Assembly: GCF_000011805.1 (NCBI RefSeq)
Contig: NC_006841.2
DNA length: 32,000 nucleotides
Source of the DNA: Aliivibrio fischeri ES114
GTDB lineage: Bacteria > Pseudomonadota > Gammaproteobacteria > Enterobacterales > Vibrionaceae
Strand: one strand, 5' to 3'
Below are positions 10,346-19,537 of this stretch, piece by piece. The translations under genes and the position numbers were made by a program. The notes under the pieces were generated by a model. The model had not been told where the DNA came from. It saw nothing but the letters and a program-made list of their open reading frames with translations, and made no database searches. The stretch's first letter is position 1, and the number at the start of each line of letters is the position of its first letter.

Positions 10346-10364
10346 TGATGTAAATTTTACATCA
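10346..10364. promoter_or_regulatory. 19-bp perfect palindrome upstream of norR, candidate operator
   Basis: TGATGTAAA-T-TTTACATCA; its core GTAAATTTTAC fits the GT-N7-AC pattern of NorR half-site spacing. Confidence 0.6.
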
Positions 10365-10384
10365 CATTAGGTTATATCAGTCTT

Positions 10385-11920
10385 ATGAAACCTTCTATGG
10401 AAAAAGTATTACTTCAAATAGCTTTGGATCTTAGCTCTAACTTGTCCAGCGATTTACATTATCAACGTCTGATTAATTCGATTCATCAGGTATTTCCATG
10501 TGATGCTAGTGCCCTTTTTATTCTAGATAATGATCACTGCCTTAAGCCAGTCGCTGTTAAGGGGCTTTCTCAAGCAGTATTAGGACGTTGTTTTCCACCA
10601 CAAGTCCATCCTAGGTTAGAGGCTATTTTACAAAGCAAACATCCTGTTAGATTTGAATCAAATTCAGACCTACCTGATCCGTTCGATGGACTATTACTCG
10701 TAGATGAAAATATCAATATAGAAGTTCACGACTGTTTAGGCTGCAGTTTATATGTAGATGATACGCTCGTTGGTGTACTCACATTAGATGCTTTAGAAGT
10801 GGGCGCTTTTAAAAAGATAGATGACATTACAATTGAAACCTTTGCAGCCCTCGCTGCTGCGACTTTACATAACAAAGCTCTGATCAAAACACTTCAAGAC
10901 AGTAATCAGCAACAAAAGTCCATCAACCAAACCTTAATTCAACAGGCTAGAATTCAAAAAGGCGAATTAATTGGTATTAGTCCTCAAATTACTCGCCTTA
11001 AATCAAACATAAGTACTGTTGCCCATTCAGATTATGCTGTTTTGATCAGTGGTGAAACAGGATCTGGCAAAGAGTTAGTCGCTCACTCTGTGCACGCACA
11101 ATCACAACGAAATGAACTTCCAATGATTTATGTTAACTGTGCAGCACTGCCCGAATCATTAGCGGAGAGTGAGCTATTTGGACATGTCAAAGGCGCATTT
11201 ACTGGTGCGAATAACCATCGAGCAGGTAAGTTTGAATTAGCCGATAAAGGGACTCTTTTTCTTGATGAGATCGGAGAGCTTCCTCTGTTAATTCAAGCTA
11301 AATTATTACGCGTTATTCAACAAGGTGAGGTTCAACGTGTAGGCTCAGATAAAAACGTGATGGTGAATGTCCGTATTATTGCTGCAACCAATCGTAACCT
11401 AGAAAAAGAAGTGGAAGAAGGTCGTTTTCGTGCCGATCTTTTTCACAGACTTAACGTATTTCCAATCCATGTTCCACCACTTCGTGAACGTGAAGGCGAT
11501 ATTTCTGTTTTATCCGGTTATCTACTCGATAAAGTTAGAACACAGTTCAACGTACCAAATTTACATATCCACCCAAAAACACTCACTCATTTAGAATCGA
11601 GCCCTTGGCTTGGTAATGTTCGTGAACTTGAACATACACTAATGCGCGCAGGATTAAGAGCCATTCAAGAAAATGCAAACAGTATTACATTAGCTCACTT
11701 TCTTGGCGATATAGAAAATACGGAAGATGTAAAAAACACATCGCACTTATTACCAAATAAAAGTCAACCTATGAGAGAGTTAGTAGAAAGCTATCAAAAA
11801 CAATTAATTGAACATGCATTATCCGAATCTAATGGAATTTGGGCAAAAGCAGCTGAATTTTTGCAAATGGATCGTGGAAATCTCTATCGTATGGGAAAAA
11901 AATTAGGCATTTCAAATTGA
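10385..11920 (+). CDS. norR: nitric-oxide-responsive sigma-54-dependent activator NorR (GAF-AAA+-Fis HTH)
   Basis: N-terminal GAF domain, AAA+ with GETGSGKE Walker [24 protein letters not shown]; C-terminal Fis-type HTH; adjacent to hcp/hcr. Confidence 0.92.
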   Translation: MKPSMEKVLLQIALDLSSNLSSDLHYQRLINSIHQVFPCDASALFILDNDHCLKPVAVKGLSQAVLGRCFPPQVHPRLEAILQSKHPVRFESNSDLPDPFDGLLLVDENINIEVHDCLGCSLYVDDTLVGVLTLDALEVGAFKKIDDITIETFAALAAATLHNKALIKTLQDSNQQQKSINQTLIQQARIQKGELIGISPQITRLKSNISTVAHSDYAVLISGETGSGKELVAHSVHAQSQRNELPMIYVNCAALPESLAESELFGHVKGAFTGANNHRAGKFELADKGTLFLDEIGELPLLIQAKLLRVIQQGEVQRVGSDKNVMVNVRIIAATNRNLEKEVEEGRFRADLFHRLNVFPIHVPPLREREGDISVLSGYLLDKVRTQFNVPNLHIHPKTLTHLESSPWLGNVRELEHTLMRAGLRAIQENANSITLAHFLGDIENTEDVKNTSHLLPNKSQPMRELVESYQKQLIEHALSESNGIWAKAAEFLQMDRGNLYRMGKKLGISN

Positions 11921-12028
11921 TACAAACAAACCAAATGATGTATTTATAACATCATGCGCCGTAGTCATTAATACATCAATAAGCAAAAAATGAAACAATA
12001 AAGACATATAAATCAATAACTTAAAAAT

Positions 12029-12044
12029 GGCACGCACTGTGCAA
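12029..12044 (+). promoter_or_regulatory. sigma-54 (RpoN) promoter for hcp
   Basis: TGGCACG-CACT-GTGCA matches TGGCACG-N4-TTGCA except one position; downstream of the sigma-54 activator gene norR. Confidence 0.8.
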
Positions 12045-12100
12045 TAGATGGTTCATCAATGTCGATTCAAATCTCGACTGGTTCAACAATCTATTGCACA
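12039..12100. repeat. 62-bp imperfect palindrome: 12-bp perfect arms with inner 5-bp arms
   Basis: TGTGCAATAGAT (12039..12050) / ATCTATTGCACA (12089..12100); inner GTCGA (12061..12065) / TCGAC (12074..12078). Confidence 0.85.
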
Positions 12101-12160
12101 ATAGAACGCATTGAACTGGCATGATTTGAACAATATGTATTAATGACTGGAGTTCTAACT

Positions 12161-13822
12161 ATGTTCTGTATCCAATGTGAGCAAACGATCCAAACACCAA
12201 CAACAAAAGGCTGTTCTTTTGCACAAGGTATGTGTGGTAAAACCGCTGAAGTTTCTGACTTACAAGATATTTTAGTTTACGCATTACAAGGAGTTTCTTT
12301 TTGGGCTGAGCAAGGTCGTAAAGTAAACGTCATTCTTGATGAAATCGATCAGTGGGCACCAAAAGCTTTCTTTGCCACGCTGACCAATGTTAATTTCGAT
12401 CCTGAACGTGTTATTGAGTTTGCACTACAAGCACAAGATTACAAACAACAATTAGAAGAAACGGTACGTGCGGCAGCAACAGTTACTAACACTGAATTAG
12501 ATGAATTATCTCCAGCTGCAAAATTCGAACTACCAACAGAAGCTGATCAAATCATTGCCTTAGCCCCACAAGCAGCCGTAAACCGTGGTCATGAAACACA
12601 ACATGAAGACGTTATTGGCTTACGTTTGCTTTGCTTATATGGTCTAAAAGGTGCTGCAGCTTACATGGAGCATGCTCATGTACTTGGGCAAACAGACAAA
12701 GACGTTTTCACTGAATATCACCAAATCATGGCATGGTTAGGCACTGATCCTACAGATCTCGGTGAATTACTAGATTGCTCAATGAAAATTGGCCTAATGA
12801 ATTACCGTATCATGGAAATGCTAGATACTGGTGAAACAAATACGTTTGGTCACCCAGAACCATCACAAGTAAACGTTAAAACTATCAAAGGTAAATGTAT
12901 TCTGGTTTCAGGTCACGATTTACATGACTTAGAAAAGATCCTTCAACAAACAGAAGGTAAAGGTATCAATGTTTACACTAACGGTGAAATGCTGCCTGCT
13001 CACTCTTACCCTGAACTAAAAAAATACCCTCACCTTGTAGGTAACTACGGCAGCGCATGGCAGAACCAGCAAAAAGAGTTTGCTAACTTCCCTGGTGCAA
13101 TCGTAATGACGTCAAACTGCTTATTAAACCCAAATGTAGGTCAATATGCAGACCGCCTGTTTACTCGTAGTATTGTTGGTTGGCCGGGTGTGGCTCATAT
13201 TGAAGGGGATGATTTCACAGCCGTTATTGATTGTGCACTAGCGCAAGAAGGTTTCAAGCACAACGAAATCGAACAAATGATCACAGTTGGATTTGGTCGT
13301 AACGCACTAATGGCTGCAGCTCCTGCAGTTGTTGAGCAAGTAAAAGAAGGCAACATTAGCCACTTCTTCCTTGTTGGTGGTTGTGATGGTGATAAATCTG
13401 AACGCAGCTACTACACAGACTTTACTGCTCAAGCTCCTGAAGACTCCGTGATTCTGACATTAGCTTGCGGTAAATACCGCTTCAACAAAAACCAATTTGG
13501 CGATATTAATGGTATCCCGCGTTTATTGGATGTTGGTCAATGTAATGATGCATATTCAGCTATTCAACTCGCACTTGCACTAGCTAAAGAGTTTGATTGT
13601 GGCATTAACGAACTTCCATTAACGCTAGTACTTTCTTGGTTTGAACAAAAAGCAATTGTTATCCTACTGACTCTATTTGCTCTTGGTGTTAAAGGCATTT
13701 ACACAGGCCCAACAGCACCTGCGTTCTTAACGGATAACCTACTTGCTATCATTCAAGAGAAGTTTGATATGCGCAGTATCGGTAATGTAGAAGACGATCT
13801 AAAAGCCATTTTAGCCGCGTAA
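12161..13822 (+). CDS. hcp: hydroxylamine reductase / hybrid cluster protein Hcp
   Basis: [31 protein letters not shown]-terminal cluster ligands, [28 protein letters not shown]. Start corrected to the Met at 12161 rather than 12143. Confidence 0.97.
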   Translation: MFCIQCEQTIQTPTTKGCSFAQGMCGKTAEVSDLQDILVYALQGVSFWAEQGRKVNVILDEIDQWAPKAFFATLTNVNFDPERVIEFALQAQDYKQQLEETVRAAATVTNTELDELSPAAKFELPTEADQIIALAPQAAVNRGHETQHEDVIGLRLLCLYGLKGAAAYMEHAHVLGQTDKDVFTEYHQIMAWLGTDPTDLGELLDCSMKIGLMNYRIMEMLDTGETNTFGHPEPSQVNVKTIKGKCILVSGHDLHDLEKILQQTEGKGINVYTNGEMLPAHSYPELKKYPHLVGNYGSAWQNQQKEFANFPGAIVMTSNCLLNPNVGQYADRLFTRSIVGWPGVAHIEGDDFTAVIDCALAQEGFKHNEIEQMITVGFGRNALMAAAPAVVEQVKEGNISHFFLVGGCDGDKSERSYYTDFTAQAPEDSVILTLACGKYRFNKNQFGDINGIPRLLDVGQCNDAYSAIQLALALAKEFDCGINELPLTLVLSWFEQKAIVILLTLFALGVKGIYTGPTAPAFLTDNLLAIIQEKFDMRSIGNVEDDLKAILAA

Positions 13823-13846
13823 TCAAATCAAATAAATCCATCAAGT

Positions 13847-13874
13847 TATGCCTCAGTTATCTGGGGCATTTTTC
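13847..13874 (+). terminator. probable terminator/attenuator between hcp and hcr
   Basis: ATGCCTCAG-TTAT-CTGGGGCAT followed by TTTTT. Confidence 0.75.
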
Positions 13875-13916
13875 GCTAGCGTGTATTCAACACAATCTGA
13901 CCAATAGAGAATAAAC

Positions 13917-14948
13917 ATGACACAATTTATTTGGCCAACCACTCCAGTTCAACTTCGTTGTGATAAAAAATGGCAAGAAACAGATGATACGATTAGCCTA
14001 CAATTAATCAGTGAACACAAAGAAACCTTTGATTTTAAACCGGGTCAGTTTGTTAGTATCGGTATTGAAATTGAAGGAAAAATGGAATACCGTGCCTACT
14101 CTATCAGCTCAGTTCCAAATCAAGATTTTCTACAACTAACCATTAAACGCGTTGAAGGTGGTAAGGTATCAAACTACCTAATTGACCAGTTGAATGAAGG
14201 TGATGAGGTTGCTGTCTTAGCACCAACAGGCCCTTTCAACTCTATTGATTGTAAACCAAGAAAAAAAGTGGCGTTACTAAGCGCTGGCTGTGGCATCACT
14301 CCTGTCATGTCGATGGCGAAATCGTGGATAGCTCAAAATAAAGATATCGATATTACTTTTATTCACATGGAAAAATCTCCAGAACACACCATTTACTTTG
14401 ATGAACTTCAGTATCTAAATAAGCAACATGCTAATTTCAATCTCAAATTATTATTAAAAAACCCACAATTTACTGATTACCCACAAGGTCGATTAGATCA
14501 AGAGTGGTTAGTAACATTATGTCCAGACTTAGTCGAAAGAACCGTATTTCTATGCGGCCCAACAAATTTCATGCAGGACATGAAAAAATATGTTGAAGCA
14601 ATAGGCTTAGACATGGCTCACTTCTTTCAAGAAAGCTTTACCCCTATTGAGCCTGAAATCATGGAAACAGTTGAAAACTCAGGCGTTGTCCAATTTGATG
14701 TACCTGCTTTTGGTGTATCCAAAGAAATAGATAAAGGCGCGACTCTTGCTGATGTATTAGAAGAGAGTGGTGTTCCGATCATCATAGCCTGTCGTAGTGG
14801 TATGTGCGGATCGTGTAAGTGTAAAGTAACCAAAGGCGACGTTTCTCGCACCAGTACAGAAACACTGAGTGAAGAAGATATTGCGCAAGGTTATACGTTA
14901 GCGTGTTCAAGCCAAGTTCAAAGTGATGTTGAAGTGAGTTTAGTTTAA
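13917..14948 (+). CDS. hcr: NADH oxidoreductase Hcr (FAD/NAD reductase with C-terminal 2Fe-2S ferredoxin domain)
   Basis: EYRAYSISSVPNQ FAD motif, LLSAGCGITPVMSM, ACRSGMCGSCKCKV...YTLACSSQ 2Fe-2S ligands; immediately follows hcp. Confidence 0.95.
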   Translation: MTQFIWPTTPVQLRCDKKWQETDDTISLQLISEHKETFDFKPGQFVSIGIEIEGKMEYRAYSISSVPNQDFLQLTIKRVEGGKVSNYLIDQLNEGDEVAVLAPTGPFNSIDCKPRKKVALLSAGCGITPVMSMAKSWIAQNKDIDITFIHMEKSPEHTIYFDELQYLNKQHANFNLKLLLKNPQFTDYPQGRLDQEWLVTLCPDLVERTVFLCGPTNFMQDMKKYVEAIGLDMAHFFQESFTPIEPEIMETVENSGVVQFDVPAFGVSKEIDKGATLADVLEESGVPIIIACRSGMCGSCKCKVTKGDVSRTSTETLSEEDIAQGYTLACSSQVQSDVEVSLV

Positions 14949-14973
14949 TCTCATTTTATTCATTCCAAAAAAC

Positions 14974-15021
14974 CGATGACTCTTTTTATACTAATAATAG
15001 CAAGTAAGTGATCATCGGTCT
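14974..15021 (+). terminator. Rho-independent terminator after hcr
   Basis: ACCGATGA ... TCATCGGT followed by CTTTTT; long loop. Confidence 0.7.
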
Positions 15022-15301
15022 TTTTATATCGTACTTATGCAACAAATTGATAAATCAATCAAAGTCACCATACAAAGTTAGTGGATTAACAGGCATGCTA
15101 TTGGTTGCCAACGATCGGTAAAGGTTATATAAAACTTCCGACACATTTAATCACAGCTTATGTAATTTCTTACTGGATAAAAAATTTTAGTTATTCTAAT
15201 ATTCATATTAAAAACAAAATGTATTTTATCAATTTGTTCACCGTAAATCATTAAAGAGTTAATTTTAAAAATCATGCACCTCTTAATTAAACCATAAGTC
15301 A

Positions 15302-15332
15302 AAAACCGAGCTTACTTAACTCGGCGCTTTTT
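15302..15332 (+). terminator. terminator-like hairpin without an upstream annotated gene
   Basis: AAAAACCGAGCTTACTTAACTCGGCGCTTTTT: CCGAG/CTCGG stem with T tract. Confidence 0.5.
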
Positions 15333-15431
15333 ATAAAAAAAAACGCACTTTATATCGAGAAATAACCATTTTATTTATATATATTAAACATCAATAAATT
15401 ATTTATGCTAACCATTGCCAATTTTTAATAT

Positions 15432-15545
15432 ATGATGATTGATATTTTAAATGAATACCTGCAAGCAACGCTATGTATAACTAGCTTCCTAATATCAGCT
15501 ATATTATTGTTAGTAGCTTACTATTTTGATAAAAATAGTGACTAA
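15432..15545 (+). CDS. candidate small single-TM protein (37 aa)
   Basis: Read directly: MMIDILNEYLQATLCITSFLISAILLLVAYYFDKNSD*; amphipathic start, hydrophobic helix, charged tail. No clear Shine-Dalgarno. Confidence 0.3.
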   Translation: MMIDILNEYLQATLCITSFLISAILLLVAYYFDKNSD

Positions 15546-16020
15546 ATTAATAGACTAGATAAGGCTAATTACGCTTGTTATAAAATGAGTTCTAATTTAA
15601 AATTCTTTTTAACAAATGGTACAATTATAATTAAAGTGTTATGCCTCATTAATGATCTAATGTTTATCGATTGTTTTCACAACAAAGCACATAAGAAATT
15701 ACGATGAGCCACATTTATTTGTTACTATTCATAGCAACTTTGTTTTCCTTTGATACAACGCATAAAAGATAGAGCAAATAAAATTTCTAACTTAGAGTAT
15801 ATTATAATATACACACCTCAATCAGTCACATCTTAACTGAAGTAAGATAGTAAAGATATCCTTCGACCAACGGGACTCTACCTCCTTTCTTCCACACTCA
15901 CACAACTAAAGGAAGCGAGGTTACAATATAGATTTGTTCATCCAGAGTTAACGCAAATAAACATAACTCACTTCGTTCAAGAAGGTTTACAGCTAGAAAT
16001 CACAGGAAAGTAAGAAACCA

Positions 16021-16272
16021 GTTGTTATCAAATTTGATGTACCCGCTTTTGGTGTATCCAAAGAAATAGATAAAAATGCAACTCTTGCTCATGTATTAGA
16101 ATAAAGTGAAGTTCCGATTATCATCGTCTATAACAGTGGTGTGTGAAGTATACAGCGTAAAGTAACCAAAGACGACATTTCTCGCATGAATACAAAAGAA
16201 CATATTGATTAACGTTATATGTTAGCGTATTCAAGCCAAAATCAAAGTGATGTTGAAGTAAGTTTAACTTAA
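16021..16272 (+). pseudogene. degenerate duplicate of the 3' end of hcr (ferredoxin domain)
   Basis: Aligns with 14682..14951. Translation VVIKFDVPAFGVSKEIDKNATLAHVLE*SEVPIIIVYNSGV*... vs VVQFDVPAFGVSKEIDKGATLADVLEESGVPIIIACRSGMCG; in-frame stops, small deletions, loss of Fe-S cysteines. Confidence 0.9.
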
Positions 16273-16309
16273 CTAAATGTAAGCTTAAGATATATTTTGA
16301 CAAAATGAT

Positions 16310-16339
16310 ATTAATGGCCAATTTTATTTGGCCATTAAT
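16310..16339. terminator. strong hairpin, probable terminator of the minus-strand pilus/chemoreceptor operon
   Basis: ATTAATGGCCAA-TTTTAT-TTGGCCATTAAT, 12-bp perfect stem; U-tract weak. Confidence 0.55.
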
Positions 16340-16377
16340 TGAACATACTTCATAGTTATTTTAAATAGAAATAAATT

Positions 16378-18273
16378 TTAAATTTTAAATCGCTTTATTT
16401 CTTTTTCTAACATATAAGCTAGTTCGAATACTTCCTTAGAATATTCTTCTGATTTTTGAGAATCATTTACTAACGTATTACATATATCTCTGATACCTAA
16501 TGTATTTCGATTTAACTCCGTAGTAACAGATGCTTGCTCTTCCGCTGCAGTAGATATTTGATATGCCATATCATTGATATTTTCTACTGAGCTATGAATG
16601 TTAGAAAAACCAGATAAATCTCTTTCAACTTGCTTTACACTTTCACTAGAAGTGCTATACGCCCTCCCCATAATAGAAACGACGTCAAAGATAGCAAGCT
16701 GAAGAGACTCTATCATTTGTTTAATTTCTTGAGTTGAAGACTGCGTTTTTTGGCTAAGAATTCTAACCTCATCCGCAACAACAGCAAATCCTCGACCATG
16801 CATTCCAGCTCTCGCAGCTTCAATAGCTGCATTTAAAGCAAGTAAATTAGTTTGTTCTGCAATATTATGAATAGTGAAGACAATAGTATTTATACTATTG
16901 CTTTGATCTTGCAACTTATTAATTTGATGATTCGCTTCATGAATATCTTGAGTCATTTCTGAAATCCGATTCATTGAGGACGCAATTGATTGAGAGCTCT
17001 CACTTGACATAATAACAGTGTCTTTAGATGTCTGAGCTGATAATTCAGCATTATTTGAAATCTCAATTGTTGCTGCTGACATTTGATGAACTGCCGTTGC
17101 CATCATATTAAGTTCATCAAGTTGATATCCAAGCTTTATATTATGCTCACCAATGAGTTCTGAAGATTCACGAGCATTAACTAACATTTTATTAATTATT
17201 TGATGAAGATTAGAAACCATTACATGTGTATTCTCAACAAATTTATTAAAACTAGATACAAGTGAACCTACTTCATCATTACTAGTATTTATTATCCTTT
17301 TTGTTAAATCAGCATCTCCACTAGCAATATCGGATAAAGCTAAAGATACTCTCTTTAAATCTGACATTACTATACGAATAAAAGAATAAGTAACCAATAT
17401 AGCCGCGATAGAAATAAACAAAGTCCACAGTAATAACTCTTTCAATAACTGTCTATAAGGTTGTTCTTCCATTTTTTTATCCAACTGAATACCAATATAC
17501 CAATCGGTACCATTAACTCTCTCAAAATAAAGATACTTGTCTTGACCATCAATTTTAATTGGCTTTATATTCTTAACTTTCGAGAGTTCACGTATATCGG
17601 TTAAAGATAATTCAGGGTATGCTTTTGAAACTGGTTTTAAAATCATGTTTGGATTATTATGAGCTAAAAAAGATCCAGTTAGCCCATTAACCAACACCGC
17701 AAAACCTTTATTTCCAACTTTATAAGCATTTACATTACTTATCAATTGGGATACAGGAACATCAACGGCAAATACACCATTCTGATAAAATTTAGACTTT
17801 AAAGGCTCTGCAATAGTAACCATCAACTCGCCTACTTGTTCATCATTATAAGCAGAGGTCACAATCTGACCATCAGCTTTCATTGCCAATTTATACCAAT
17901 CTCTAGTTTTTGGATCATAATCTTGTGGCAATGCATTCACAGAGTTAATGATCATTTCACCTGAATTCAATCCAATATAAGCATCAGAAAAATTAGTTGT
18001 TGAGCGAATCAAATCTAGTTTATTCGATAAATCATCGAGGGATGCTGAATTAGACAGAAATGAATGTGCAATTCTTTTTCTTATTTCGATCCAATCTGAA
18101 AGACCCATTGCAGCAGTTACAGTTATACCATGAGCACGTTCTAGTATTTCATTATGTGTTTGTTTATATAACTTATTGGCAGAGATAGATGTCAATATTG
18201 AAGCAGTTACAACAATTAATAAAACACAAACTGCAGTTATTTTTGTATCTAATTTAAAATCCTTAAAATTCAC
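16378..18273 (-). CDS. methyl-accepting chemotaxis protein (dCache-HAMP-MCP), TcpI/AcfB-like by position and size
   Basis: Periplasmic dCache motif [38 protein letters not shown]; HAMP; [38 protein letters not shown]. Overlaps upstream gene by 4 bp. Confidence 0.93.
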   Translation of the reverse strand: MNFKDFKLDTKITAVCVLLIVVTASILTSISANKLYKQTHNEILERAHGITVTAAMGLSDWIEIRKRIAHSFLSNSASLDDLSNKLDLIRSTTNFSDAYIGLNSGEMIINSVNALPQDYDPKTRDWYKLAMKADGQIVTSAYNDEQVGELMVTIAEPLKSKFYQNGVFAVDVPVSQLISNVNAYKVGNKGFAVLVNGLTGSFLAHNNPNMILKPVSKAYPELSLTDIRELSKVKNIKPIKIDGQDKYLYFERVNGTDWYIGIQLDKKMEEQPYRQLLKELLLWTLFISIAAILVTYSFIRIVMSDLKRVSLALSDIASGDADLTKRIINTSNDEVGSLVSSFNKFVENTHVMVSNLHQIINKMLVNARESSELIGEHNIKLGYQLDELNMMATAVHQMSAATIEISNNAELSAQTSKDTVIMSSESSQSIASSMNRISEMTQDIHEANHQINKLQDQSNSINTIVFTIHNIAEQTNLLALNAAIEAARAGMHGRGFAVVADEVRILSQKTQSSTQEIKQMIESLQLAIFDVVSIMGRAYSTSSESVKQVERDLSGFSNIHSSVENINDMAYQISTAAEEQASVTTELNRNTLGIRDICNTLVNDSQKSEEYSKEVFELAYMLEKEIKRFKI

Positions 18274-18686
18274 TTGATTGTTTCCTTAAAATAGAACTGT
18301 GAAGTATCTACTTTGATTTCATTATAAAGTTCGCCACTATCACCAGTACATTCAGATATTAATGTCAATATTGATGGCGTATTATTAAATTCAACTAACA
18401 TCCTTAACGTAATATATTGCCTAGTGTCAAAAATTTCCTTAGCAAACACAGGTAACAATTTTTCTTTAAATTTACTTTCGACGAACTGACAAAAAAGTAA
18501 ATTAGCCTCTATCAATGATGAGTCACTGTCTTTTATTAATTCATTAAAACTACTTTTATTACAAAAAATAGTTTTATAACTATCATTACTATATAAAATA
18601 ACATCATCATTTAATGAACGTATAAAAGCAAATCCAACAAAATTATCAACAAATGTTTCAACCAGCATAAAAATTACCAACACCAT
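18270..18686 (-). CDS. hypothetical protein, possibly PAS-like
   Basis: 138 aa; [30 protein letters not shown] resembles a PAS N-terminus. Overlaps both neighbours, so it is translationally linked to the chemoreceptor. Confidence 0.65.
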   Translation of the reverse strand: MVLVIFMLVETFVDNFVGFAFIRSLNDDVILYSNDSYKTIFCNKSSFNELIKDSDSSLIEANLLFCQFVESKFKEKLLPVFAKEIFDTRQYITLRMLVEFNNTPSILTLISECTGDSGELYNEIKVDTSQFYFKETIK

Positions 18687-19534
18687 TCACGTAATAAATC
18701 AGCACCAGTAACAAATAATGAACCTCTTTGCCTTATACAAACAACAGGGGACATCCCTCGTTGGTTCTCAATATTATAAAATCGACCAGAATATCCTGGG
18801 GCACCATCGTGCCAAATTTCCATCCAAACATTTGTTGCTCCTGCTGGAATAGCATGTTTAGCCTGTCTCCAAGTTTTACGCCACGAGAAATCTCGTCCAT
18901 TTATTCTATATCCCCAATTGGTTCTTACCGTAAATGAACTCAAACTGCCAGATTGTAAAGTCCAAGGTTCATTATCCTTGAAATAATTACAATCATTTTC
19001 ATCACAAGATGAAGGATAAGAGCTAGAAACCAATCGCATAATCATCGCAGTATTATCATTGTCGGCATTAGAATTCTTAGGATATGCAATCTTAGCCTTA
19101 TTATTAAGAGTAGACCAAAACCAATAGCCAGAAGCAACTCCCTTTGGAACTAATCCATTTACAATCATATGATCTAATTGACCTAAAGTAGGAACACCAA
19201 ACTTATTTTGATTTTCTAGTTTGTAATTATTTGTAATCGACCATAAAGTTGATTCATTCACATGAGAAAAATAATTAAGTGATTTATCTGCAACGTTTTG
19301 ATCTATATAAACTCTTTTAAATGTGTCACCACCTATTTTTAAAGAAACGCTATCGCATAAATCATCAGATAATCCATCATTCCGACAAAAGCTATATGGT
19401 GCATTATAAATATCACGGACTCCAGCTAAAGTTCTGTCATCATAAGATGATACTGATTCATAGCTACTATCAAATGCGAATATATTAAAAGATGTTAATA
19501 ATAAAAAAAAACATGATTTATTTAAACAATACAT
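18674..19534 (-). CDS. TcpF-like secreted protein (pilus-cluster-linked)
   Basis: Signal peptide (CFFLLLTSFNIFAFDSSYESVSS). Sits directly after the tcpE-like gene, as tcpF does; N-terminal pattern resembles V. cholerae TcpF from memory; C-terminus is divergent. Confidence 0.65.
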   Translation of the reverse strand: MYCLNKSCFFLLLTSFNIFAFDSSYESVSSYDDRTLAGVRDIYNAPYSFCRNDGLSDDLCDSVSLKIGGDTFKRVYIDQNVADKSLNYFSHVNESTLWSITNNYKLENQNKFGVPTLGQLDHMIVNGLVPKGVASGYWFWSTLNNKAKIAYPKNSNADNDNTAMIMRLVSSSYPSSCDENDCNYFKDNEPWTLQSGSLSSFTVRTNWGYRINGRDFSWRKTWRQAKHAIPAGATNVWMEIWHDGAPGYSGRFYNIENQRGMSPVVCIRQRGSLFVTGADLLREWCW

Positions 19535-19537
19535 AAT

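Larger units (their letters stand above)
11963..12148. repeat. 14-bp perfect inverted repeat pair flanking the norR-hcp promoter region
   Basis: AGTCATTAATACAT (11963..11976) and its reverse complement ATGTATTAATGACT (12135..12148). Confidence 0.85.

Noticed and set aside
12118-12133. Second sigma-54-like element TGGCATGATTTGAACA upstream of hcp
   Set aside because: The -12 GC is absent (GAA instead); the element at 12029..12044 is far better.
14620-16275. hcr 3' end duplicate as attachment-site direct repeats of an integrated island
   Set aside because: Both copies lie on the same side of the pilus cluster, no integrase or tRNA is visible, and the copy is too degraded to be a recent att site. 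I kept only the duplication claim.
14627-16321. Minus-strand ORFs 14627..14851 and 16121..16321
   Set aside because: The first is antisense to hcr; the second lies antisense across the hcr relic and the hairpin.
18728-18937. Plus-strand ORF 69 aa
   Set aside because: Antisense to the TcpF-like gene.
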